From Phallusia mammillata (taxonomy: Eukaryota), in contig OZ281494.1 in assembly GCA_965637545.1 (NCBI GenBank), positions 682,001-746,000 of the forward strand: 64,000 nt of DNA, read 5' to 3'. Positions 38,232-50,100 of this stretch are shown here, one piece after another. The notes under the pieces are model-generated. The model was given only the letters and a program-made list of their open reading frames with translations, was not told the DNA's origin and ran no database searches. The position numbers and the translations under genes were made by a program. How positions within the stretch are numbered: the first letter of the stretch is position 1; each line of letters opens with the position of its first letter.

Positions 38232-39009
38232 ATATCACACTACCCTAGACTCTCGCGCATCTTAACAATTTCAGGCGACTAAATCTAGAGAGTATTTTTA
38301 GCCTGTTTTCACATCACAGTAACTTAACTGTCTATTCATAAAAATACAGCGTCATGATTTTGCCAACGCCGATGCCTTGCTTGGTGCACGTTTTTTTTTT
38401 TCTTTCTTTGTTTGTTTACAAATCCACTAGCACCGGTTCTGGTAGCGCTGTCTTCATGCATGTTGTATGTGCACTAAAATGGATTGTATGCCAATATTAA
38501 CCACTCACACTCACAAGTTTGCAGTGTTTTTGTTTTCATTAAGATTTCACAAGCTTTTATCACATTAGTTTTAGACAAACACAGCAAATCGTAAAGTAAT
38601 AAGTTAGTCTTGTATATGTGCTGATTTATATTGCATAGGCTACAACCTGGAACTGGTAAATTGCTGCCGTGTTGTGTTTTTTATTGTTGCAGGGTAATTA
38701 CAAGTTTGAAGCGTCCTTTTGCCATGCGTCCCGAGTAAGCTGGGCTGACAACAACCGATTCAAATGCATTTCTTTCGGCATTTTTTCTTTTTTTTTCTTT
38801 TTGCTTTTTTGTGCTTATTTTCTGTTCTTTTTTGTTTATTTCTGTTTGTTCTTGATGTGTCTCATGAATAATGCTTTTATTACCATTTCAAATGGTTTAA
38901 ATTATTATTAATCCTCATTTTCTGTAAATGATTTAATTACTAACTCTGTTAAAGTAACAAACTGCAGTTAGTTTAAAGTATACTATTACTGTAAAGTGTT
39001 ATTCCCTAT

Positions 39010-39027
39010 GTGTGTGTGTGTGTGTGC
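39010..39027. repeat. (TG)n microsatellite
   Basis: About 9 TG units read directly; adjoins a GC-rich segment at 39028-39180. Confidence 0.9.
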
Positions 39028-39648
39028 TCTTCCTTCCGGCGCTTGAAACTATCCGGCAGGGTTTCTTTCGGTGGTTTCTTTTCCTGTCGAACCCCACCCT
39101 CCTTCCTAACACGGGTGGTTAGATTCTAGGGCCCCCTCGACTGGTCCCACCAACGTTCCCCCCCCCCAGTCGTGTTATACTCACAGTGCGCCTAACTCAC
39201 TTTCTGGTGAGCTCCTGCCACATAACGCCTTATAATACGGTGTAGCTGCAGCGCGTTTAATCATGATCCACCAATTGTGCCCTCCACTTTTTTGCGCCCC
39301 ATAACGTCTTAACGTTGCGCAGCTATTTCCGGCTTGGTGATTGTCTTTAGTGCAATTGTGTCGCTATGTTTTCTTTTCACCAAGCGAAATAAACTCAACT
39401 CAACTCAACTCAAACAAAGATGCTTTACTTTCTACAAAAACAGCTTTTTATACATTTGTTTTGCAAAATAATCAAATTTATTTTAAAACTTTTACGAGCT
39501 ACTACCCAGCGGAAAAGCTTTCGGTACAAACACTACAGACAAACTAAAAAACAATTTTAAAGCATTTATCATTTTAAGAAACTAAATTGACAATTTTATT
39601 GAAGAAACTAAGTGGATACAACTGATAACAAATTAAAAATTAAACTAG

Positions 39649-42600
39649 TTATGTTTTTGTTTCGTATGTAGGGTTTTCATTTGTTGCTCTGTAGTTTTCG
39701 TATTCATGTTGATCTGTAGTTTTGTCGTCAGAGTTTGCTGCAAAACAGATTGTAAATTCCATTGTCAACAGTTTGAGGCTTTTAACTCATACAATAAGTT
39801 ATTGGATGTGTAATGTGTTGGGTTCAAACTTTGTACGATAAACTTGAGTCTTTGCAGCAGAAATTTTTCTTACCTTCGTTACTCTGATGTGGAAACTGTT
39901 CCTGAGTCGCTTGTTTTTTTTAGATGCTTTACTATTTGAAGTTCTGTGGAAACAAATTTTGCTTATTATGGTGCTCTGTGGGAAAAACGAGTGTTTGGAA
40001 TTGAAATTAAGTTGGGACAGCAATCGGACCTAGAGTTTGTGGTTCTAATCTCTAACTGTTTCGAGTTTAAACAAAGTAAACAAATTGCTCAGCTGGTGGA
40101 ACAAAGGTAATTAAAACAGCTGCGATTGCAGGCACCTGCGTCTTCGGCGAATAAACATGACTATTAGCCCAACCATGACAAGGAGCAGAAGCAAGAGGCC
40201 GATCGCCAAACCAGCAATCATTCCAACACTCGTTGCAGGTAAACCGCACGAAGGGGGATTACCTAAAGTGGTTACTGTCAGATTGGATGTGATGTTTGTG
40301 TTGATTGAACCAGTGATAATTACTGTGACATGCAATACAAAGATGTTTTGTTGTTGTACGTGATAAACTATAATGGCATGTGTCAAAAACCGACGGATTA
40401 TAATTCTACAAAAAGTTACTTACAAAAATATGGTATGAAATAGAAAGCAAGAGATCTTGAATTATTGTCGTGTTATCTGAATACGGGACGGAGATTGTTT
40501 GATTCAAACTCATGACAACAATCTGAACCTGCAGCAAGGTATAAGTTTGTTTCAACAATTTATGTTTGTCGACTAGAAATCAAACCAAAAGCAACACACA
40601 ATATATTTTGTACCCGTGCTGTTAAATTGTTGTTGTTGATGAATTGGTCAAGTCCAGTCCAACGAACAAGCACAGTTGAAACGTCGCATGGAAATGTCTC
40701 CGCAGTCGTGTTCACTACAAAAATCGTTGTTAAGGTTTGGACACGGTAAATGTTTCCTAACTCTTGGAATTTAATATACCACACAACACGTAGCACGCTT
40801 GCTTACCTGGTGAATAACAACTTGATGGAGGCTTTCCAAAAGTTGTTACTGTTTTCGATGTTGAGACGTTAGTGTTCAAGCATCCGGTAAGCATTGTAGT
40901 GATCTGAAACGTTTAAGCTGTATCACTTAAATTATGCCTTCAATTGAAGCATTCAAAAATTAAGAATCAAGGTCTGGACTTTTAATTTTTATAGGCACTG
41001 ATACGATGCTCTAACTTGACAAATAATTTGTACTTCTACTATACATTGCTTACGGTAATGTAGTAATTAGTTGCTAAACTTAGGTTTTCGATGGTTGTCG
41101 ACAGAATAGCATATGGTGCAATGAATTTTCTGTTCATTTCCAAGACATAAATTTCAACCTAAACGAAACATTTGTTAAAATCAAGAAGTTAACGGACGTA
41201 TATAAACTGTATGTCACTTCTGCATAAAGTTTATTGTTGCGGATGAATTGATCAAGTCCAGTCCAACTGACCAACACAGTTGAAGGGTTGCATGGAGTTG
41301 TATCCATAGTCGCTTTAACTAGAAAAAAGTTTAAATTAAATATTCATGAAAAGCATATTGTCTAGCGACACGATATAAAAGTATGTGCAAACATATTTGC
41401 AAAAAGATCATTGGAACACAAATTAATGTCAAGAAGACATTTACTTGTTTTTGCTGACTGATTTACTTGAAATTACTCACATTTCACTTGACAAGCGTAG
41501 TAAGTCGATTCACCACTGCAGTTTATGCTTGACTGCTCCCATCCGATCCCATAATGCAACGCTCCCTGTTGACAAGTTGTAACGTTGGAAACGGGAAAGT
41601 TTGCCGGAGATCCGTCGCTCCAATACCAACCATGTAACGACGTGTGGTAACGAGCTCCAATCAAAACGTTAACGTCTGAAAAAGAAATGGCAAATACTAT
41701 TTATGCACAACGATAGGTTTTGCATGTCTGGTGCCTAAATGTTGTTGGGTACCCACTTTCCGCCAAGAACGATCCCTCATATATGGTGAAGTTTTGAAAA
41801 GTTTCGTTGACACTTCGTAACTTGCTTGAACGTTTTGGTTTTCCGCGTCTATAGTTAAATACTTTTTTTCGGCTTTTTCTGGTGTAAGTGTCGGAAAACA
41901 AGAAAAACTGTAATGTCCATTCTGTAAACAAACATAAATTAATCAAATAACAATAAATGAGCCTGAGATCTTTTTTATTGACATGGCAATAGGGTAGAAA
42001 TCAAGGTTTGAAACATGGCAGTTACGTTTTGTATTGAGTTTTCGTTCTTTGTGAATGGCTGTATAAACAAACCCACTTTTTACGTACCAGTTTGTTATTA
42101 TGAAAAATAAAACATTTTTTTTTTAAACAAAAAACGGTTACACACAAATTTTGGGTTATTTTTCATACACACATTTTTTTAAATACATAGATTTGACATC
42201 TGCCTTATATAACGGTTAACTAAATTACTAAGTTTATTCACACTAACGGTTCCAATCTCCATTGGGCGCGAGGCCACTGCAATTTCTTCCAATAGTGACA
42301 TTCCACCGCTCATTGACAGTGTTTCTCCCATAGTCGCAAAAATAAATTGGTTGACTTTGGTTTTTAGGATTGCTGTTGAAAAAAATAAAGTAAATATATG
42401 TATATATATTTACATATGTATGGTTACGATTTCCATGGTTGCTGTTAAATGTGTTTACTTGATTAGCAGACCGAAATACCACAGATGTCCGAGAGATTTT
42501 GTACTTTTCCAGAAATCCTCTTCAGCCGAATTGTTTGAGTATTTGTATCGTTCATGTTTGTCTTCGTAAAAGATATAAACCCGCTGCAAATCTGTTTTTT

Positions 42601-43049
42601 GAGTTTTTTTTTGCAATGCAGTTCAACATGAGCATTTTTCAACAAAAAGTAACTACGCATTTACAGCCTTTCACGGGTTTTGAGTGCCGTTGAAGCATAT
42701 CTGTCTGAATAAACATAAGTGCAAACCTGTCGTATATTTGTCTGTCATGAGTTGAGTGAGAGTTGTGTTGATCTGCGGGTCATCAGTCATTGCAAGATTT
42801 CCACCCAGCAAAGAACATTTCTCCTGTGCAGTGTTTGCATCAACAAGATCGTCAGATAATATCAAGTCACTGTCCTTCACTGCTTGATGAGTATTTGTAC
42901 AACCTGTCAAAAAGCCTTTTTTAGAAAAAAAAATTTTTTTTGGTTTTTATAATAAGTTATATTTGGTTTCGATGTAACTTACTGTTGTGTTGAGTGTGTG
43001 AGTAGTGAACAAGAAACAACAACACCACAATCTTGTGACCAGATATCAT
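39649..43049 (-). CDS. Paralog D: CTLD-2xFN3-TM receptor without PTP domains, with a Tyr-motif tail; carries a splice-acceptor lesion and a possible 1-nt frameshift (may be a pseudogene or a secreted variant)
   Basis: Signal exon 42983-43049 (MISGHKIVVLLFLVHYSHTQHN); CTLD/insert and FN3 exons are open in phase down to ~40423. TM exon 40136-40329 has AT instead of AG at its acceptor. Tail exons 39874-39943 and 39649-39737. Confidence 0.72.
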
Positions 43050-43530
43050 GACTAACATTGACAGACCGAAATATCAACAAATGACTTTTAGGTTTTAAAT
43101 TAAGCAATCTATTCTTCAATCGTAAAGCTTTTTGTTAGGCACTCTGTGATTATAATTTTTCAAATAAATACAAATTGAAAAAGCTTAAACGCTCCCTTGC
43201 TTCTGAACTTGAAACACTGAAAAGCATTGCTCAATTCGCACTGACAGAAGAAACGAAAGTCCTTGTGTTTCTTAAGAATCGTCCGACACTTTGGTGTTTA
43301 CCAACTCGTTAAAGCGCTTTTATGTTTTACTGCAAACATTGGCACCTTCACCTTAATGGAAGTCATAAAGCACTGTCAAGTCAAGTGATTTTTTTGCATG
43401 GGCACTATATCATAACAATTCCGTTTTTGTTGAACAGATACGTAAAACGCAAGGACACGGAAAAAATCTATAGATTATCGAGTCAAGTGTTGGTTAAATT
43501 TGGTTTTCTGGGTATGTCGTACCGTAGAAT

Positions 43531-43660
43531 CGCAACCGACCGCACGATCCTGGCAGGGTACGTCCTGTTGCATAAGACGGTAGTTGAACTCGCGAGTTTT
43601 GTTGGCCTAATGAAACCCGCCTTAACAGGAAACTTCAGCGCGGTTCCTCGGAACGTTTCC
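43531..43660. repeat. 130-bp direct repeat, left copy (partner 45752-45881)
   Basis: 4 mismatches in 130 nt by direct comparison; more GC-rich than its surroundings. Confidence 0.92.
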
Positions 43661-45754
43661 TTGTTACTGTTGCATTGGATGTGATGTTTGTGTTTATGGA
43701 ACCAGTGACAATCACTATGACCTGAAATCACAAACATACCTTTTGTTTATGTACATGTTAAGTTACGGTCTCCGGAAAAGTTTATTAACGTTATTTCGCT
43801 GCTAAAACAGTGCTTGTTCAATTAACAAAAACACAGGCGACAGGCTTTTACCTCAATGACATACGAAGTAGAGTGAGTGAGATCTTGTATTGTTGTGGAG
43901 TAATCAAAATACGGAGCAGAGACTGTTTCATTCAAACCGTCCACTTGAATTTTAACCTGCATGTATAGTGATATCAAATAACCGTTTAGTTATCGTTTAG
44001 TTCAAACTTGGTTTAAACCTGAGCTGTTAGATGGTTGTTGTTGATGAATTGATCAAGTCCAGTCCAACTGACAAGCACAGTTGAAGCGTTGCATGGAAAA
44101 GTCTCTACAGTCGTGTTTACTGCAATGTAAATAGGAAAGAAGCGTTGTGTCAGGATCTTAAAATTTGTGTTTGCTTAAATAGTTTTCTCACTTTTGCGTA
44201 ATTGTGGTTGCGAAACAGTGATATGTTTTTTAAACTATTTTTAATTTCCATAACTTCAGTGCTACACGAAACCAAATTACATTTCTTTTCTGCGATAATT
44301 TTTACCTTTTGGGTAACAGCTTTGGGGGGGATTGCCCGGAGTTGTTGCTGTCAAACTGGATGTGATGTTTGTGTTGATTGAACCAGTGACAATCACTGTG
44401 ACCTGGAATACACAAACAACGTAAATACATGAAAATGTAAAACAGAAGGTGTCCTGAAACTACTTCGAATAACTCAAATAAGAAAAAAATGTTTTCACCT
44501 GAATTTTATAGCATGTTGAATACTCTAGATCTTCTATCAAAGTCGGATTGTCAGAATATGGAACAGAGATTGTCTCACTTGAACCCTCGATTTGAATCAC
44601 AACCTGCATGTAGTTTCGTTTTGAATGGTGGTTTAACAAACACAAACTTGGTTTAAACCTGTGCTGTAACATCGTTGTTGTTAATCAATTGATCAAGTCC
44701 AGTCCAACTGACAAGCACAGTTGATGCGTTGCATGGAAATGTCTCTGCAGTCGCGTTTACTACAAAAATCGTTGTTGAGATTTAAATTCAAATTTCTGTA
44801 CGTGGCTTGTTCGCTTACATGTAGGATAGCAACTCGATGGGGGATTTTCATATGTAGTTACCAGTTTTGATGTTGATACATTAGCAGTCAGACAACCAGT
44901 AAACATTGTAGTGATCTGAAATTATGAAATGGATTTAATTTTACTATAGTTATCAGCCCATGTTCTTTATATAGAGTTCCTGTATAAAAATCTAAGTTTG
45001 ATTACGTTAAACCGTTATTGCACATTTGTTTTGACCACGTTCTTTGGAAAATGAAATAATTATTTGGTACCTGCCGCCAAACAGCGTACTGTATTTGAAT
45101 AAAAAACAGTAGCGATTTATAACATTAAGATGTGATAAAATTTATAACATACTTACAATCATGTTGTACTCTGTTTCAAAGCTCAGATTTCCAATGGTTG
45201 TGTTTTGATCTGCATACGGTGCTAAGATTCTCTTGTTTATTTGCAAAACATAAATTTCAACCTAAAAAAATATGAAAGAGTTCATACCAAAATATCCAAT
45301 AAACTTGTTGCGATGAAACATTACCTCTGCATCAAGTTTGTTGTTGTTAATAAATTGATCAAGTCCAGTCCAACTGACAACCACAGTTGAGGCGTTGCAC
45401 TTAAATTGCTCCACGAAAGCTGTGACTAAGAGCGAGACATAAGTTTAATTGCGAATGGCTGGAGAAAGTTTTAAAGTTAGCAACTTTTCCCTTCACATCA
45501 CATCACAAGTAATACACTGTATCACTAAATCGCAAAAGATTGTTTGACTTGTGCCTAAGGTGTAATTCGAAACAAATGTTTGGATCAGTGAGTACAAAAA
45601 CAAATCACATTAATATTACAACTCAGACTATGGTTCAGCTAATGTTAATAATTTTGGGTTGTAATTACTTACACTTTACTTGACAAGCGTAGTAAGCCAT
45701 TTCGCCACTGCAGTTCATGCTTGACTGCTCCCATTCTATCCCATAATGCAACGC
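43661..45754 (-). pseudogene. D': orphan ectodomain fragment (3' half of CTLD exon 5 plus FN3 repeats 1-3, last exon truncated)
   Basis: Exons and introns align closely with paralog E 52910-54170. It starts mid-exon (ALHYGIEWEQ) and ends mid-exon (NITSNATVT). No signal or TM exon. Flanked by 130-bp direct repeats. Confidence 0.85.
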
Positions 45755-45881
45755 AGCCGACCGCACGATCCTGGCAGGGTAGGTCCTGTTGCATAAGACA
45801 GTAGTTGAACTCGCGAGTTTTGTTGGCCCAATGAAACCCGCCTTAACAGGAAACTTCAGCGCGGTTCCTCGGAACGTTTCC
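45752..45881. repeat. 130-bp direct repeat, right copy (partner 43531-43660)
   Basis: Same sequence as the left copy; continues as unique GC-richer DNA to ~45990. Confidence 0.92.
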
Positions 45882-45999
45882 TGTGATCCTGTAAACAGGC
45901 CTGGGTGCACGAGGACATCCTTTAGCGCGATGAAAATGTTGCCATCGAGCATCTATTCCCCACGGTTTGTAGAATCGAAGGCGAGATCTAGTTCATTGT

Positions 46000-46500
46000 T
46001 ATAATACAAACGAGTAAAAAGAATAAAAGTGAAAGAACGCTAAGATAAAACTAAAACAGACATAAAAAACAGAAAAAGGTAGCTAAAATTAGGGTAATTT
46101 TTGGCATAGAAAATCAAGCTGTATTATATGTATTCTGGTATGAGAACTGAGTGGTCATATTGCCTCAATAAATGCAAGCAATACTTTTTGTTTTGAAAGA
46201 GGACGAACGTGGCCGAGACTTTATATCGTGTGGTAATTCTTGCCATACTTTTGGACCTCGATGGCAAATTAATCGTTTGATAGACGTGGTGTTAATGAAA
46301 GTAATTCTGGTTTTCAGCCCTTTGTGTGTTGTAATACTGTACTGACTCAATAGGTGTGAAAAGGGTGTTGTATGTGAAAGGCAGTCGTGTAATAGTTTGG
46401 CTACTTTAAGCTTGTAAAAGTCTTTAAAAATTAGAACACGCAAGTCACGATATAGTAGGGTAGCGCGACAGCGGCAAGTGCTGTGAGTAATTCGCCGCGA
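46000..46500 (-). mobile_element. 3' end fragment of a second CR1/L2-type LINE
   Basis: ORF 46165-46677 ends with YKLKVAKLLH..RLICHRGPKVWQELPHDIK..SSFKTK, the same C-terminal motif family as ORF2 at 35100-38231, followed by a T-rich tail. Confidence 0.7.
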
Positions 46501-47126
46501 CGGCGTATTGCAGATAGGAATACGCAAAGGAGTTGTAAATAATACAGAGAAACTTTTGTCCAAAGTAGTCACGCAACTTACGATTATCATGAGCTTGTGA
46601 CAAAAGGTTTGTCCGACCCTCAACATTTTACAGCAAGTTTTACTGCATGGAAATCGACTCAACAGAAAATGCTTCACTGTCGTTGTGTCGGCTGCTTGTT
46701 TTGTAGATTCTTTTTTACTACTTTACTTAACAACTGAATAACACCTGTTTAAATATCTCACATATTTAACTTGAATTTAGCAACTAACGACAAGCATAGA
46801 TTTTAGTGGGTTTATTATTGTGTAGGCCTATCTTTCAAATAACGCTAAAATTAATTGCTTATTGTATTCTATGTAACAGAATTTTTCCAGCACAATTTAT
46901 CTTTTTTTGGATGATAACGCAGAAATGATTTAAGAAAAAATTCTGGGAATTAAAGTTTCAACAAATCTTGCACATAAAATTATTTTCGGAAAACGGGGCA
47001 ACACACAAGCAGCTGATTGCAGATCAGCATGATTAAACAACAAATGCTTCAAAAATGACAGAAAATCTATTAACGAACAAAAGCAAACGCTCAGATTTCT
47101 TAATAATTCCGTTGTCTGTTTGCAGA

Positions 47127-50100
47127 TCATTGGAAGTTTGAATAAGTGTCGAAATCAGACAGATATTGCATGACGACCGAGTAGCAGTATTTGTACAGTT
47201 CCTGTCAAAATAAACTTTATTTGAAGAGATGTCTACTTATCTCGCCTTAGCCCAAAGAAAAACGTTACCTTGTTGTCGACCATATTCGGCCTCATATCTC
47301 TCAGGTCTTTCACAGTTCGGAATACATCCACCCGCTTTTGTGCCTTCAAACGTTCGAGAATGCTGACCAGAGCGATGAAGGTTCCAGTTCTTGTTGATCC
47401 GTTGCTGGAAACATATCAATATATATTTATCTTGTCAACATATTTATGATTTAGAAACTTTCATTAGCAGTCCACTTTTGACTAGATAACAAATAGTTGT
47501 AGCGAATCTCCTTGTCTTGTGTCAACTGAAAACATAATTTTACCTGCAGACAACCAGCACATATTGACAAATCTGTTTGGCCTTTAGCCGTTGCATTTCC
47601 TCGATAATTTTGATGAAATCCATTTCTTTCGGGGGTCGTTCCACGTCATTCCATCCCTTGACTTGCAGAAGCATCAATTGAGTATCAGCCTGAAAACAAT
47701 TAAAGCTAAGTTTCATTATGCATGTTATAAAACTGGTGTTTAAATGTTAAAAGTCGGTATGTTGATCCGAGCAGTTACGCAAATTTTGAAATAATGCTAT
47801 GTTGTGAAAGGTATTTTTGGGTTGTTTTTTGATAGATTATGTACTGATATGTTTTCACACATTAGACCACCACAAACTTTGTAGTTTAGAAGCAATGCTG
47901 TTCTAAAGTTTTTAACTTACAAAAGCGTTGGTTGTTGACCAAACGTCAACAGTTGTCAGATTGTGGACATTGCTTTCATTTACATCACATACAGAAACCG
48001 AAATATCTTCGTATTGTAAAGCTGCATTCACTGGAATCTAAAAACAATTTTATGTTTTAATACGTAAAGAAATTGTGATTTGAAAAAATGACAGTCTTAC
48101 ATTAATGCTATTTTCCAAATCAATGACAACCATAGCTTTTTTCTCCACAATCATCTTCCAGAAATTTTCTTTTTCTCCAGCAGCAGGATTTTTTGCAGCA
48201 ATGAAACATTCTGAAGATCCTTGTTCCTGTATTTAAAACTGGATTAAAGTAGACTAAAAGAATCAGCTAATAACAATGTTTTGTCACAAGTGCAAAGATC
48301 ATTTAAATTCTGCCGTGCATGTAAAGCATTAAAAATTGTTGACATTGTACCTGGACGGTTTGCTACTGATCTATGAGTGTAAAAGTATTGATACAATACA
48401 TACGCCACCAATTGAAATTGAAACCGTGATGTGATTTGAAACATTCTATTTTGTATTATCACCTGAATATACGAGGCATCCAGTTGCTGTATAATCTCAA
48501 GTTTTTTGTTCCAAATTTTTACTGCTGTGTTCTTATCTGAACACAATATTTCATGTGCTTTAAAGGTCAAACATTGTGACAAATTCACTTACATGTTCTT
48601 AACTGTGGGTGATTTTCCTGCCATTCCTCGCCAAATCGCCACACTGACAATGTTTTGAATTCTTGCTCTTGCATCTTCGTGCTGCAAAACAAAAGCCTAA
48701 TGCGCGCTCACATGTAAAAGCTGGTAGCAGTTTAAACAATAAACTCAACAAAGTGACAACTACCAATGTGGTACACCCACAAAATGCTTGCAAGGAATTA
48801 AAATTGTATACTAGTAATGAGCCATGTGTTGTGATTAAAGAACAACAAAATGAGTTACATTTCACTTGAGGTCATCGATTGTAGTTCTGTCACATCTTTA
48901 TCTGTTTCAATTAAGTTCTCACGCTCCGTGAGAAGTTTGTAGACGTACATGTATTGTTTCTGAAGAAAAACAAATTTAGAAAAAAAAATCTATGATTGAC
49001 GTTGCTGGTCTTAGTTGCATCATATGCCCCCCCTCTAGAGCAGTTAACATGTGGAATTTGTGCCCAATTCCTTCTTGTCGTTTTTTTATAGTTAAGTTAA
49101 CGTTGGCAGCACATTACCGAGTTTTGAATCATGTCTGTTCGGTTTTCTCTCATTCTTAACACAGTTTGTGGCACATCAACTGTTCCTTTGTCGTCAAGTT
49201 CTTGAAACAAAGTGTCCATCGCTATGTAAGTACCTGTGCGTCCCACTCCAGCACTGCATTTAAACGTTGGGTTTACTGATTGGTCAAAATAACACAGGGT
49301 TTGTCAAGTCTTTACCTGCAGTGCACAATGATTGGAGCATTTGTGTTTTGCAAATCATCGACCATGTTACGCAGGTGGATCATGTTGGATGTAGTTACTG
49401 GAATTCCATGATCGGGCCAAGTTGTAAACTGCAACTGTGTTATGAAACGTTGCTCCTGAGAACGAAAACAAGTAATTGCATCAATTATTACGTCATTTTT
49501 ACTGAAAAAGGAACGTGTCACCCACACGCCGTGCAATGTGTGAGTCAAGAAAACATTAGGTAACGAAATTTTAGGAAGACAAATACTAGTTTGTTGATCA
49601 TTTACGTTTTATGGTTACATTTTCGTTATTTACACAAACCCTGGTTGTGGATAATTCGAACTGTCGATATGTGATTCCTCCGAGACTTGTCTCATGTTGT
49701 GTTCGAACTTCCAGATTCGACGACAATTTGATTTTGGAGTCCATATCAGGCCAATATTTTTCACACTTTGTCTGCAGTTAAAATATATTTTGTTATTTCT
49801 AGACCAGTGGTTCTCAACCCGTTTCAGGCCATGGACCACCGACGCAGCAAAAACAATATCGTGGACCATTACATTTTTAAGCAAGATTGAAGTAGGCCTA
49901 TAAAATAATCATGTTTGCTTGAAACATAATAATTCAAAACCTATTTACAATAACATAAAAGTTATTGTCCACGATCACTGAGTCAAAACTTATTCACTAA
50001 ATAAATAATTAGGAAGCAAATGCTTTTGACTCAAATTCAGTAGACACTGAAAAGAAGTGAGATTAAATAACTGACAACAAACACGCTGACCGTTTTTCAA

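Larger units (their letters stand above)
34060..38910 (+). mobile_element. Apparently full-length CR1/L2-superfamily LINE
   Basis: Intact ORF1 and ORF2, followed by a T-rich 3' UTR ending near AATTATTATTA at ~38900. Both boundaries are approximate and no TSD was identified. Confidence 0.88.

Noticed and set aside
34000-38960. Target-site duplication for the full-length LINE
   Set aside because: No convincing direct repeat was found at candidate ends, so the boundaries are left approximate.
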